From: Phycisphaerales bacterium
Lineage (GTDB): Bacteria > Planctomycetota > Phycisphaerae > Phycisphaerales > UBA1924
Length of the DNA: 64,000 nucleotides
Direction of reading: 5' to 3'
Assembly (NCBI GenBank): GCA_965227775.1
Contig: OZ245777.1
Coordinates: 1 to 64,000 of the forward strand
The translations under genes were made by a program, and so were the position numbers. This document shows, piece by piece, positions 47,559-57,621 of the stretch. Under the pieces are notes generated by a model that saw only the letters and a list, made by a program, of their open reading frames with translations, made no database searches and was not told the DNA's origin. The stretch's first letter is position 1, and the number at the start of each line of letters is the position of its first letter.

Positions 47559-48305
47559 CTACGGCCGCCCGGTCCAATTGGGATCGGGATGCGTCTCGTC
47601 CGGGTTGATCTCCGTGCGGATCACCTGCACCCGGCGATTCGACGCAGCCGCCGCGCCCGGCCCGCGGGCCGCCACCATGGGTTCGCCATCGGCCTTTGCC
47701 TCCAGCTCCATGAGCCGCGGATCGAGCCCTACCTCGCCCACCAGGTAGTCCATGACCGCCTTGGCCCTGCGATAGGAAAGATCGTAAAAATCTAACCCCG
47801 AGATCTGGTCCTCGGCGCCCCAGGCGTGCCCGCGGACCTCGATCTTCACGCGGTGCCCGCGGAGCGCGGGGCCGACCTCGTCTCGCAACTGACGCTGCAC
47901 GCGGGGTGTCAGCGCGTACGAACCCTCGTCGAAGGTCAGGCTCGCCCCCACCGTGAAGCGGAGCCCCTCGTTGATGACGTTGGTGCTCTCCTGCCGGCCA
48001 GCGATCGACTCGGTCGTCGTTTCGGCCGAAATGAACGGCTTCTCGGACGCTTCTGAGTTGTCCGTATCGAGCGTGTCGACCGTGTTGAACGGCACGTCCT
48101 CCACACGGGTCTTGCCGATGCCGCCCTGGTAGCCGAAGGCTTCCTGGATGCTCCGCACCACGTCCTGATAGTCGCGCTCCTGCTTGAGCTCGCTGAACGC
48201 GGCAAGCAGGATGAAGACGCACAAGAGCAGCGACATCAAGTCGCCGTACGTCACGACCCACTCGGGCACGCCCTGGGGTGGTGGCTTCTTGCGCTTCTTG
48301 GCCAT
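47559..48305 (-). CDS. motB: Flagellar stator protein MotB/PomB
   Basis: WVVTYGDLMSLLLCVFILL TM with conserved Asp; OmpA-like LSYRRA...NRRV. Confidence 0.95.
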   Translation of the reverse strand: MAKKRKKPPPQGVPEWVVTYGDLMSLLLCVFILLAAFSELKQERDYQDVVRSIQEAFGYQGGIGKTRVEDVPFNTVDTLDTDNSEASEKPFISAETTTESIAGRQESTNVINEGLRFTVGASLTFDEGSYALTPRVQRQLRDEVGPALRGHRVKIEVRGHAWGAEDQISGLDFYDLSYRRAKAVMDYLVGEVGLDPRLMELEAKADGEPMVAARGPGAAAASNRRVQVIRTEINPDETHPDPNWTGRP

Positions 48306-48308
48306 GGC

Positions 48309-49094
48309 TCAGGCCGCCTCGCGGGCCGCCACGAACGCGTCGCGCCGAGCCGGCGGCAGGAAGGTCAGCAGTTTGCTCTCAACCACGCGCGGGTTGTCGC
48401 CGCTCTGGATCGACATCACACCCGTCACGATGATCGTCTTGACGAGCATCTCCTCGGCGTCCTTGGCGGCAAGCTTGTCGGCAATGGGCGAGGCAAAGAG
48501 GTTCGCGATGAGCGCCCCGTACAGCGTCGTGATCAGCGCCACCGCCATGCCCGGGCCGATCTTGCTGGGGTCGTCCATGCTCTTGAGCATGAAGATCAGG
48601 CCGAGCAGCGTACCGATCATGCCAAATGCCGGTGCATACTTGGCAAGCGCGTCAAGTACGGCCTTGCCGCTCTGGTGCCGCTCGGTGAGCGCGTCGAGCT
48701 CGGTATCGAGGATCGTCTCGATCAGTTCCGGATCCGTCCCGTCCACGGCCATCTTCACGCCGCGCACGATGAACGGGTCCTTCATTTCGCTCATCAGGTT
48801 CTCGAGGCTCAGGATGCCCTCGCGACGCGCGACCTCGGCGTACTTCACGAGCTCGGCGATTGTCTCGGCTGGGTCGCCTGTCTCGTTGAAGAACGACTTC
48901 TTAACAACCCCCACCAGACCCGTGATCCGCGCAAGCGGGAAAGAGACCACCACCGCACCAGTAGCGCCGATGATCACAACGAAAACCGATGTCGGATCGA
49001 CCAGCGCCATGATGTTGCCGCCGCCGCCGATCACCACGGCGATGGCGATCGCAACCACGGCGAGGACGAGCCCAACGACGGTTCCGATATCCAT
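48309..49094 (-). CDS. motA: Flagellar stator protein MotA/PomA
   Basis: ARREGILSLE, APAFGMIGT, IGPGMAVALITTLYG. Confidence 0.96.
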   Translation of the reverse strand: MDIGTVVGLVLAVVAIAIAVVIGGGGNIMALVDPTSVFVVIIGATGAVVVSFPLARITGLVGVVKKSFFNETGDPAETIAELVKYAEVARREGILSLENLMSEMKDPFIVRGVKMAVDGTDPELIETILDTELDALTERHQSGKAVLDALAKYAPAFGMIGTLLGLIFMLKSMDDPSKIGPGMAVALITTLYGALIANLFASPIADKLAAKDAEEMLVKTIIVTGVMSIQSGDNPRVVESKLLTFLPPARRDAFVAAREAA

Positions 49095-49209
49095 GGACGC
49101 TCGCTCCAACGGGGCACATCGACTGGCGGCACGGGCCGCACACCTACCCCATCTTCATCGACGCGCCTTATCGACCGCTTGAGACCAAAAGAGCGGACCA
49201 TGCCTGATT

Positions 49210-49407
49210 TCACGTCGGCGGCATCAAGCGACGCAATAACCGCCCGTACTCGACCGAACGCGTCACGACCTCGGCCATCGGCTCCTTGACCACGATGTGG
49301 TCGCCGCTCACCAGCGTGATGGTGGTATCGGGGTTCTCTTCGATGGTCCGGATAAGCTCCGCGTTCAGCACGAACGCCTTGCCGTTCAGCCTTGTGAGCG
49401 CGATCAT
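49210..49407 (-). CDS. flbD: Flagellar protein FlbD/SwrD
   Basis: MIALTRLNGKAFVLNAELIRTIEENPDTTITL. Confidence 0.92.
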   Translation of the reverse strand: MIALTRLNGKAFVLNAELIRTIEENPDTTITLVSGDHIVVKEPMAEVVTRSVEYGRLLRRLMPPT

Positions 49408-49431
49408 GCGGCAGACCTCCCTACGGACGCA

Positions 49432-51192
49432 TCACCGCCCGAGCACGACGAGCTGCTGCAGCAATTCGTCCGTCGTTCGGATGACGCGGGCGTTGGCTGA
49501 GTAACCGGTCTGTGCCAGGATCAGGCCGATGAACTCTCGGCTCAGGTCGATGTTCGACTCTTCGAGCTGTCCGCCCAGCGTGGCCCCAGTGCCGAAGCCA
49601 CCCGGCTCGGTGATCACCGCATCGCCGCTGTTCGGCCCGCTGCGGAACAGATTGTCACCCGCGTCGGCCAGCCCCTGGGCGTTGGCAAATGTCGCGAGCG
49701 CGATCTGCCCGATCGGCCGGCTCAGCCCGTTCGTAAACGAGCCGCTGATGATCCCATCGGGCCCGATGCCGAACGCGTTCAGCGTGCCCGCCGGCAATCC
49801 ATCCTGATCATCCACCGCGATGCCCGACTCGCCCTCGCCCACGTCCAGCGCCTGCAGGCGCGAGCCATCGCCCTGGAACAGCAGGTCGAACGCTAGCGGC
49901 TGGCCCGCCCCGGTCGGAGCACGGTTCAGCACGACGCCCACCGGTTCGGCCTGCCGCAAGTTGCCATTCGTGTCGAACTCGATGGTTCCCGTCGCGAGCC
50001 CCGTGCCGCCGGCAGCCTCATCGCTCTCGACGTAGTACCGCCAGGTCGTACCCGCGTCGGTCTTGTTCTCCAGAACCATCGTCAGGTCGGCGAGCACGAG
50101 GCTGCCCAGCGAGTCGTACACGAAGAACGGCGTACGCTCCGACTCGCCGTCGGCCTGCCTCGTCGTCTGCGCCGCAAATGGGTTCCGCCCGGTGGCCTGT
50201 CCATTCTCATCGAGCACGACGAAGTCGCCGGTCTCGATGTCGAGGTCGTTCGCCTCTCCGCTGTTGCCCACGATCTGGATCTGCCCGGTCGCCGCATCGA
50301 GCGAAGCCCCGATCGCCCCGCCGGTCTGCGGCTGGATGCCCAGCGATGCGTTCAAGAAGCCGATGAAGTCACCAATGGTCGTCGCGGCACCGATCGCGAG
50401 CTGCGCGATCGGCAACGTCCGCCCGCCCTTCTCCGCCCCGCGAATCTGCACACCATCGCCCACCGTTGATTGCTCGCCGAGCTGCAGCGTCTGCCCCTCG
50501 ATGAACATCGCCGCTCCCGCGCCGCGCTGCGCCGGATCCTCCAGGCCTACCAGTGGTGTGTCGACCGTCAGCGGCGCACCGTCGATCGCGGCCAAACCCA
50601 GTCCGTCGCCACCCGCCAGCAGCGTCCGCGAGCCTTGCTGCGCAACATCGCCACCCGCATCGAGAACACCGTCGAATCGCACGGTCGACGTCGCCTCGGC
50701 GATCGTCAGCGAACCCAGCTCGATCGTGACGTCCTGCAGCTGGCCACGCTGCACCTCGAAGCTGTCGTTGATGCCCCAGCCCTGCACTCGCTCGCCGCTG
50801 ATCGTGACCAGCTCGTTGTTCTCATTCAGCGTGAACGCGCCAGCGCGACCATAGAAGCGCTCGTCGCCGCCCCGCAGCACGAAGAACCCCGCGCCGTCGA
50901 TCGCCACGTCGGTCGGCGAGCCCGTGGGCGAGATTGCGCCACCACCCATGTCCCGTTGCACGCCGGCGACCTTCGTGCCCGTGCCCACCTGGTACGGATT
51001 CGTGCCACCGAGGTCCGCTGTCGGCTCGCTACCGATACTGAAGGTGCGCGGATTCTGGTTGGCCTGGTGCATCCGTGCACCCTTGAAGGCCGTCGTGTTC
51101 ACGTTGGCGATGTTGTTGCCGATGACGTCGAGCCGACGCGTCTCGACACCGAGCCCGCTGAGGCTTGCAAACAAGGCCGTGGTCGAAGCCAT
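49432..51192 (-). CDS. flgE: Flagellar hook protein FlgE
   Basis: LDVIGNNIANVNTTAFK; LEESNIDLSREF...Q.GYSANARVI. Confidence 0.95.
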   Translation of the reverse strand: MASTTALFASLSGLGVETRRLDVIGNNIANVNTTAFKGARMHQANQNPRTFSIGSEPTADLGGTNPYQVGTGTKVAGVQRDMGGGAISPTGSPTDVAIDGAGFFVLRGGDERFYGRAGAFTLNENNELVTISGERVQGWGINDSFEVQRGQLQDVTIELGSLTIAEATSTVRFDGVLDAGGDVAQQGSRTLLAGGDGLGLAAIDGAPLTVDTPLVGLEDPAQRGAGAAMFIEGQTLQLGEQSTVGDGVQIRGAEKGGRTLPIAQLAIGAATTIGDFIGFLNASLGIQPQTGGAIGASLDAATGQIQIVGNSGEANDLDIETGDFVVLDENGQATGRNPFAAQTTRQADGESERTPFFVYDSLGSLVLADLTMVLENKTDAGTTWRYYVESDEAAGGTGLATGTIEFDTNGNLRQAEPVGVVLNRAPTGAGQPLAFDLLFQGDGSRLQALDVGEGESGIAVDDQDGLPAGTLNAFGIGPDGIISGSFTNGLSRPIGQIALATFANAQGLADAGDNLFRSGPNSGDAVITEPGGFGTGATLGGQLEESNIDLSREFIGLILAQTGYSANARVIRTTDELLQQLVVLGR

Positions 51193-51229
51193 GGGTCACT
51201 TCCTTCGAACCGCGCTCGCGGCGCGGGGG

Positions 51230-51679
51230 TCAAACTACTTCAATGGGCGTGCCCGCCGGGGCAAGCTGCCGCAGCAGCGCATCGCTACTCGGCTCGTCCG
51301 CAGCACCAGAGCCCGCAGAGAGCACCACATCGACGTCGGTCATCAACGCACCCTCGGCCGGCGAACTGGCCAGCGCGGTGCGGCTCTCGACGTCGAGCCT
51401 GATCACCATGCCGTCCATCAGTACCGCCGCGGTCTTGGCGCCCTCCGCCTCGGCTACGTCAGCCGCATACGACAATCGCTCGAGCTGATCGGCGCTCAGG
51501 TCCACGCCGAGCTCGGCGCCGGACACGACAACACGCCCGCTGCCAAGCTCGCCATTACGAGCGGCATCGAGCGCTTGCTGGAATCCACCCTCAGCCGGCG
51601 CCTTCCCGCTGCCGCCGAGTCCCAGCAGCCTCGTGCCAACGCCGACCAGGCTCAGCAAGTCGAGCGGCGTGCCGGTCAC
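51230..51679 (-). CDS. Flagellar operon protein (TIGR02530-like)
   Basis: LERL..AADVAEAEGAKTAAVLMDG...VESRTAL...TDVDVV; lies between flgD and flgE. Confidence 0.7.
   Translation of the reverse strand: MTGTPLDLLSLVGVGTRLLGLGGSGKAPAEGGFQQALDAARNGELGSGRVVVSGAELGVDLSADQLERLSYAADVAEAEGAKTAAVLMDGMVIRLDVESRTALASSPAEGALMTDVDVVLSAGSGAADEPSSDALLRQLAPAGTPIEVV
51240..51254 (-). promoter_or_regulatory. Possible sigma54 promoter upstream of flgE
   Basis: GGGCACGCCCATTGA; the -12 position reads GA instead of GC. Confidence 0.35.
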
Positions 51680-52098
51680 GGCAGCAGCTCCGCATACTCA
51701 CCAACGCCGGTCAGCCGGTCGAGCGACAGCGTCGATCCGTCCTGCAGCAGCAGCGTCGGCGTGCCATCACGCGTGCGCACGGCCCCAACATCGCCGACAA
51801 TCGTCTCGCCCGCCTCGTTCACGCCCTCAACACGACGCCCAACCAGCGACGTCGCGCTCGCCAGCCTGTTGTCGGCCACGAGCGATTCGAGCTTCTCGGT
51901 GAGGTTCAGGTCACTCTCGATCGACCGCACGCTCGAGAGCTGCTGCACCAACGCGTTCGTGTCGTTTGGTGCCAGCGGGTCCTGCGCTTGCAACTCGGCA
52001 AGGATGATGCCCAGGAACTCCTGAGAGTCCAACTCGCCCATTCGATTGGTCTGCGTGGCGCCCGAGGCAAGCCCCGAGCCGGCGGATATCGCGCTCAT
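51676..52098 (-). CDS. flgD: Flagellar hook capping protein FlgD
   Basis: LDSQEFLGIILAELQAQDPLAP...ATSLVGRRV. Confidence 0.9.
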   Translation of the reverse strand: MSAISAGSGLASGATQTNRMGELDSQEFLGIILAELQAQDPLAPNDTNALVQQLSSVRSIESDLNLTEKLESLVADNRLASATSLVGRRVEGVNEAGETIVGDVGAVRTRDGTPTLLLQDGSTLSLDRLTGVGEYAELLP

Positions 52099-52135
52099 GC
52101 GACGCACTCCGAGAACCAGCGAAGCCCGGCCATCC

Positions 52136-53290
52136 CTATGCGATGGCGTTCAGCCTCACCGTTCCCAACGCCCGCCAGGGCTCCGCCCCGGCGACCGCCA
52201 GCCCGTCATCTTCTCGCGTCGCTCCGCGCCGCGACCCGCCGTCGGCCTCATCGCCATCGGGCGATCCTCGCCCGTCACGATCGTTGGCAAACGCTTGGCC
52301 ATCCTGGCCACCTTCGGCTCCGCCGCCATCGTCCGTCGCAAGCCGCGTACCAGCCTGCGTTGGCTCCTCGACCAATCTCACCTCAATCCGCTCGACCGTC
52401 AGGCCGCGCGCCTCCAACTGCTGCCGCAGCACGTCGCGCGAGCCCTCCAGCATCCGCTGCGCCTCGGCGTGCCTCGCCTCGAACGTCGCGGTGACCTGGT
52501 TCTGCTGCACCTGCACGCGCACGCTCAGTTGCCCAAGGTTCTCCGGACGCAGGCGGAGCGTGACCTCGCCATCGCCCGATCGCATCGCCTGCGCCAAGCC
52601 ACGCCCGACCTGGGCCTGGAACGCCTTCTCGAAGCGCAGCGTCTGGTCGGCTCGCTGCGGTGCTACCGGTGCACGCCCGCGGGCCGCGCCACCCTGCGGC
52701 CCGCGAGCGGCGTCCACGGCAGTCGCTTGCCCGTTCGGCAGGCTTGCCCTGCCACCAACCGCGGCCGCTGGGGCGCTCGAGACCGAAGCGGCGACCGCCT
52801 GCGCCTTGGGCTGCACCGCCGACGGTTCGATCGCCACTCGCTGTTCACCGCGAGCCGCATGATCACCGGCCACGCGCGTTGGTTCCTGTGCTACCGGCTG
52901 CTCGTTCGTCGCTCGGCGCGCCGCACCCTCGGTGTCGTTCGCCGCGGCTCGCGCCTCCGCAGCGGGCGTCTGCGTTCCGCTCGCCGGTCGAGATGCCTCG
53001 CTCGCCAGTTGCTCCAGCCTGCCGCGCGGTTCCTGCGCTCGTTGTCCAAGTTCTTGCGCGGGCTGGCGCGATTCCTGCCGGTGCTCTCGCGCGTCCTGGG
53101 CGCTCCACTCGGCGGCCGAGTCGTTCCGAGCCTCACCCCGTACGATGCCGGCCTCACCCGCCTGCAGCGCCCCGAGCAGCATGCCAAAGGCCCCCGCCTC
53201 GGCCTGAACGCGTACCTCGCGCTCCTGCGCGGGCTGCTGCGGACGCGGGGCGTCAGGAACCTTCGAGCTGAGCTGGACCTGCTGCTGCAT
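52136..53290 (-). CDS. fliK: Flagellar hook-length control protein FliK
   Basis: Low-complexity N-terminus; LRLRPENLGQLSV...LRQQLEARGL. Confidence 0.88.
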   Translation of the reverse strand: MQQQVQLSSKVPDAPRPQQPAQEREVRVQAEAGAFGMLLGALQAGEAGIVRGEARNDSAAEWSAQDAREHRQESRQPAQELGQRAQEPRGRLEQLASEASRPASGTQTPAAEARAAANDTEGAARRATNEQPVAQEPTRVAGDHAARGEQRVAIEPSAVQPKAQAVAASVSSAPAAAVGGRASLPNGQATAVDAARGPQGGAARGRAPVAPQRADQTLRFEKAFQAQVGRGLAQAMRSGDGEVTLRLRPENLGQLSVRVQVQQNQVTATFEARHAEAQRMLEGSRDVLRQQLEARGLTVERIEVRLVEEPTQAGTRLATDDGGGAEGGQDGQAFANDRDGRGSPDGDEADGGSRRGATREDDGLAVAGAEPWRALGTVRLNAIA

Positions 53291-54008
53291 CGGCGACCTC
53301 CGGCGTCACGCCGTCCGTTCGCAAACGCTCCAGCAAAACCGCGGCCAACGACGCGTCGTTCTTCTCGAACTCGGCCATCACCTTGTTCCGCTGGCGATCG
53401 TCCATCGACCGCAGGTACTCCACTACCATAGCCTGACCGTCCAATTCGCCCTCGGCGGGCTCGGCCTGACCGTCCCACATGGCCATCAGCACGTTGTGCG
53501 CGGCCGGGGCACGCAGACCTTGCAACGTATCGACCGCCGTGCGGAACTGCTCCTGACCCACCAACTGGTCTCGCTCGGCAATCCGCGCCTCAAACGCCTC
53601 ACGCTGCATCTCGATCGCTTCGGACAGTCGATCAGTCTCCTGCCGCTCGCGGGCGAGCAGATCCCGCAAGTCCTCAAGCTCGCGCATGGCGCGCGTCATG
53701 CGCTGGTCGGCCGCCATCGCCCCTTCCTGCTGCAATCGAACGAGTTCCTCAGCCGTCATGGGCGACGTCATCAGAGTCTGCACGCGCTCGCGGAGTTGCT
53801 CCACCTCTTGCTGCCGCGCTTCCTCGTCCGCAGCTTCGGCATCCAACCTTGCCTGACGCTCGTCACCCGTTTCGCCAAGCACCTGCTTGAGCGCATCGAA
53901 GCGTTCCCGGTCCAGCCGATCGGTCATGCCCAGCCATCCGGCGAACGCCCCGATCGCGATCAGGTTCGCGATCGCCAAGACCGACGCGATGGTCCACAGG
54001 TTCCGCAT
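53253..54008 (-). CDS. MotE/YlxF-like membrane-anchored coiled-coil flagellar protein
   Basis: N-terminal TM, long coiled coil, LRSMDDRQRNKVMAEF; position between fliJ and fliK. Confidence 0.65.
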   Translation of the reverse strand: MRNLWTIASVLAIANLIAIGAFAGWLGMTDRLDRERFDALKQVLGETGDERQARLDAEAADEEARQQEVEQLRERVQTLMTSPMTAEELVRLQQEGAMAADQRMTRAMRELEDLRDLLARERQETDRLSEAIEMQREAFEARIAERDQLVGQEQFRTAVDTLQGLRAPAAHNVLMAMWDGQAEPAEGELDGQAMVVEYLRSMDDRQRNKVMAEFEKNDASLAAVLLERLRTDGVTPEVADAAAGPAQLEGS

Positions 54009-54011
54009 CTT

Positions 54012-54470
54012 CTAGCCCTCCGCCATGTCCGCGTGCCCGCGACGCATCACCATCAGGTCGTCCTGCTCCAGCCGCTCGGCCTTCTCCAACTCCGCGACCC
54101 AGGCCCGGTACCGCTGCTCCCGCAGCCGCTCGATCGCCTCGCGGCGCACCGCGGCCTCACGCAGCAACTCGCGCGCCCGATCGGCGCGTTTCTGCACGCC
54201 CGCCAGCTTGACCGCCAACGCCCGAGCCTTGCGATCCGCACCCAACTCGCCCGCTACATGCTCCCGAAGCGATCGGGCCGATACGCGACCGACCATGAGC
54301 GAACGCGAGACCTCCCGCTCGGCCTCAACCGCCGACCGCAATCTCGCGATCTCGACCTCGACCTCGCTCCGCTCTCGCTGCACCGTCGCCAGCAGCGCCT
54401 GCGCATTCCGTTCGGCCCGCCGCCGCTGCTCCAGCACCGCCTGCAACTCGAACACGAACCGCCGCGCCAC
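54012..54470 (-). CDS. fliJ: Flagellar export protein FliJ
   Basis: RFVFELQAVLEQR...EAIERLRE...EQDDL; follows fliI. Confidence 0.88.
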   Translation of the reverse strand: MARRFVFELQAVLEQRRRAERNAQALLATVQRERSEVEVEIARLRSAVEAEREVSRSLMVGRVSARSLREHVAGELGADRKARALAVKLAGVQKRADRARELLREAAVRREAIERLREQRYRAWVAELEKAERLEQDDLMVMRRGHADMAEG

Positions 54471-54473
54471 GCT

Positions 54474-55829
54474 TTAACCCTCTCCGCCAAGCTGCTTTGA
54501 GACGTCGTCACCGAGCGCCAGCAACCGCTGCCGGGCCTCGTCGAACGCTCCGGCGTCGTCCACGGCCTGCTGGAGCAGCGCATCAATCGCCGGCATCCGC
54601 TCGATCGCCGTATCGACCTCCACGCTCGAGCCCTTGGCGTACGCTCCGATGCGGATCAAGTCTTCCGACTTCGAGTACGCCGCGAGCAATCGGATGACGA
54701 GCTCGCGGGCCCGTGCGTGCTCCCGATCCATCAGCCGCGTCGCGAGACGGCTCACCGAGCCCAGCACATCGATCGCCGGGTAGTGTCCACGAGTCGCGAG
54801 CTCACGCGACAGCAGAACATGCCCATCCAACACACCACGAACGGCATCCGACACCGGCTCGTTGAAGTCGTCGCCCTCGACAAGCACCGTGTACATGCCC
54901 GTGATCGAACCAACACACCCGTCATCGAGCTCGACCGCGCCCGCACGCTCGAGCATCGATGCCATCTGTGCAAACACGCCGGGCGTGTACCCCCGGCTCG
55001 TCGGCGGTTCGCCGGCGGCCAAGCCAATCTGCCGTAATGCATGGGCGTATCGGGTGAGCGAATCCATCACCAGCAGCACGCTGCGTCCCTGATCTCGGAA
55101 GTGCTCGGCCACCGCGCATGCCGACCGCGCCGCCCGCGCGCGAACCAGCGGCGATTCGTCCGCAGTTGCACACACGACCACGCTCCGCTCGAGCCCCTGC
55201 TCGCCCAACGCTTCCTCGATGAACTCGCGTACCTCACGCCCGCGCTCACCAATCAGCGCGACCACGACCACATCGGCATCGGTCTGCCGCGTAATCTGCC
55301 CGAGCAGCGTGCTCTTGCCCACACCCGGGCCCGCGAAGATGCCCATGCGCTGCCCACGCCCAATGGGCGTCATCAGATCGATCGAGCGGACGCCTGTTCG
55401 CAGCGGCGCCTTGATCGGCTCACGCGACATCGGCCCAACGCGCATCGCATCGAGCGGCGCCCACCCCTGCTCGCGCGGCGCCGGCTTCCCATCCAGCGGG
55501 CGCCCCATCGCGTCGATCACGCGCCCGAGCAACCCGGGCCCGACCGCCACGCTCGCCCACGCCTGCAGTCCCTCGACCACGTCGCCGGCGCGGATGCCCT
55601 CGCCGCGGCCCATGAGCATGACAATCGCCCGTTCGTCGGCAAGCCCAACGATCTCACCCAGTTGCTCACCATCGCCCGAGATCGAAGTGCGCACACGCAC
55701 GACAGATCCAACCGGCATCGCCAGCCCACTCACGAGCAAGGTCGCGCCGCGCAGCGCGCTCACCCGTCCCGACACGCCCATCGGGATCGTCGCGTCGAGC
55801 GCCACGCCCGCGCGCTCCAGCACGTTCAC
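54474..55829 (-). CDS. fliI: Flagellar export ATPase FliI
   Basis: GQRMGIFAGPGVGKS, LIGERGREV, MDSLTRYA, LERAG. Confidence 0.97.
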   Translation of the reverse strand: MNVLERAGVALDATIPMGVSGRVSALRGATLLVSGLAMPVGSVVRVRTSISGDGEQLGEIVGLADERAIVMLMGRGEGIRAGDVVEGLQAWASVAVGPGLLGRVIDAMGRPLDGKPAPREQGWAPLDAMRVGPMSREPIKAPLRTGVRSIDLMTPIGRGQRMGIFAGPGVGKSTLLGQITRQTDADVVVVALIGERGREVREFIEEALGEQGLERSVVVCATADESPLVRARAARSACAVAEHFRDQGRSVLLVMDSLTRYAHALRQIGLAAGEPPTSRGYTPGVFAQMASMLERAGAVELDDGCVGSITGMYTVLVEGDDFNEPVSDAVRGVLDGHVLLSRELATRGHYPAIDVLGSVSRLATRLMDREHARARELVIRLLAAYSKSEDLIRIGAYAKGSSVEVDTAIERMPAIDALLQQAVDDAGAFDEARQRLLALGDDVSKQLGGEG

Positions 55830-56530
55830 GACGGCTCGCCCGGCAAGAGCGCCCCCACGATGCGCTCCAGTTGAGTCTCGATCGTTCCATCGATGCGCGA
55901 CTCGTCGGCTTCGATGACGACCGAGCCGTGAGACAGCGACTCGTCCTCCAAGAACTCAACACTCGCGGACGTCCCGAGGCGATCGGCCAGCCCAGGCATC
56001 GCCTCCCGCACGCCCTCGGCGTCACCCGGCGACACACGCACACGCACCCGGCTCGGTCGCATCGCCAGGCCAATGGCCTCCTGCAACTGACGCGCCGCCG
56101 CCTGCTCGTCTGCCTCGATCGCATGCTTCGCTACCCGCTCGCCCAGGCTGACGGCCAGCGATACCACGCCGCGCTCCGCCTCAGAGTGCAACGAGTCCCG
56201 CCGCTTCTCGAACGCCGCGAGCGCTTCCATCCAGGCCGCCTCGAGCTGCTGGAACGCGGTCTGCTGCCCGGCGAGCGCCGCGGCGCGACCATCCTCGTGC
56301 CCCTTGGCGTTGCCCTCTTCCAGGCCACGCGCGTAGCCCTCTGCATGACCGCGCTCGTCCGCCCCGGCGATCAATCGCTCGCGCTCGGCCTTAGCGTCTT
56401 CGACGATGCGGTCCGCCTCGCGGCGCGCTCGATCGATCATCGCCTCGCCCTGGCGCGCAAGATCGCCGAGGTCGAGCACGACCGCCTCACGCGCGATCGA
56501 AGCCGCATCGGCCCGGCGGATCATCGGCAT
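55826..56530 (-). CDS. fliH: Flagellar assembly protein FliH
   Basis: GxxxG repeats (GHAEGYARGLEEG); C-terminal GSVVIE...IDG. Confidence 0.9.
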   Translation of the reverse strand: MPMIRRADAASIAREAVVLDLGDLARQGEAMIDRARREADRIVEDAKAERERLIAGADERGHAEGYARGLEEGNAKGHEDGRAAALAGQQTAFQQLEAAWMEALAAFEKRRDSLHSEAERGVVSLAVSLGERVAKHAIEADEQAAARQLQEAIGLAMRPSRVRVRVSPGDAEGVREAMPGLADRLGTSASVEFLEDESLSHGSVVIEADESRIDGTIETQLERIVGALLPGEPS

Positions 56531-56549
56531 GCGCAGGCCCCCACCACGG

Positions 56550-57587
56550 TCACACCACCAGCTCGGAGTCGCCGCGACCCTGGATCATCACGTCGCCGGC
56601 CTCCTCGAGCCTGCGCACGATGTCGACGATGCGCTGCTGGGCCGTCTCCACGTCGCTGATGCGAACGGGGCCCATGAACTCCATGTCTTCCTTGATCATC
56701 TCGGCCGCACGTGCGGACATGTTGCCGAAGATCTTCTGCTGCAGCTCTTCCGAGGCCGTCTTGAGCGCCAGACCCAGCTCGTCGTTGTCGACCTCCTTCA
56801 GCACGGCCTGGATGCCCTTATCGTTCACCAGCAGGATGTCCTCGAAGACGAACATCAATCGCCGGATCTGCTCGACCAGGTCCGGGTCTTCCGACTCCAA
56901 CCCTTCCATGATCGCCTTCTCCGTCGAGCGATCCGCGAGGTTGAGCATCTCGGCCACGGTCGGCACACCGCCGCTCTTCTCCATGCTCTGCATCAGCATG
57001 TTGCTCAGCCGGCTCTCCAGCCCTTTCTCGACCTCGCGGATCACCTCCGGATTGGTCTGCTCCATGTTGGCGATGCGCTTGATCACCTCGATCTGCTTCT
57101 GCATGGGCAGGCCGACGAGGATCTCCGCCGCCTTGTGGTGGCTCAGGTGGCACAAGATCAGCGCGATCGTCTGCGGGTGCTCGTCCTGAATGAACGTCAG
57201 CAGGTTCTCGCTCTCAGCCCGCTGCAGAAAGCTGAACGGCGTCTTCTGCACCTGCGTCTGGATCTGCGACAGCACCTTGCTCGCTTGCTCGGGGTCGAGC
57301 GAGCTCAGCAGCACTTCCTTGGCAAAATCCAGGTTGCCCTCGCCGGCGAACTCGTTTGCCACCGTCAGGTCGTAAAACTCGCGGACGACCGCCTCCTGCA
57401 GCTTGCTCGGCACTCGGCCCAGGCTCGCCAGCTCTCGCGTGATCTCTTCGACCGTCTCCGCGGGCATGGCCTTCAGCACAACCGCGGCCCGCTCGGTCCC
57501 AACAGCAAGCAACAGGATCGCCGACTTGGTCGCACCGTCGAGGTCGATCACGTTCGTCGGCAGCTTCTCGTGCGGCTTGCGTGGCAC
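56550..57587 (-). CDS. fliG: Flagellar motor switch protein FliG
   Basis: EHPQ and MFVFED motifs; GPVRISDVETAQ. Confidence 0.97.
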   Translation of the reverse strand: MPRKPHEKLPTNVIDLDGATKSAILLLAVGTERAAVVLKAMPAETVEEITRELASLGRVPSKLQEAVVREFYDLTVANEFAGEGNLDFAKEVLLSSLDPEQASKVLSQIQTQVQKTPFSFLQRAESENLLTFIQDEHPQTIALILCHLSHHKAAEILVGLPMQKQIEVIKRIANMEQTNPEVIREVEKGLESRLSNMLMQSMEKSGGVPTVAEMLNLADRSTEKAIMEGLESEDPDLVEQIRRLMFVFEDILLVNDKGIQAVLKEVDNDELGLALKTASEELQQKIFGNMSARAAEMIKEDMEFMGPVRISDVETAQQRIVDIVRRLEEAGDVMIQGRGDSELVV

Positions 57588-57621
57588 GGCGTACTCCAGG
57601 CCCGATCGGGCTCACTCGCGC

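Noticed and set aside
47552..47559. sigma28 promoter before fliL (GCCGATAA) and similar GTCGAT/GCCGAT boxes before motA, the 37548 gene and the flgN-like gene
   Set aside because: -10-like boxes are present but the -35 elements are weak or inconsistently spaced; too uncertain in GC-rich DNA.
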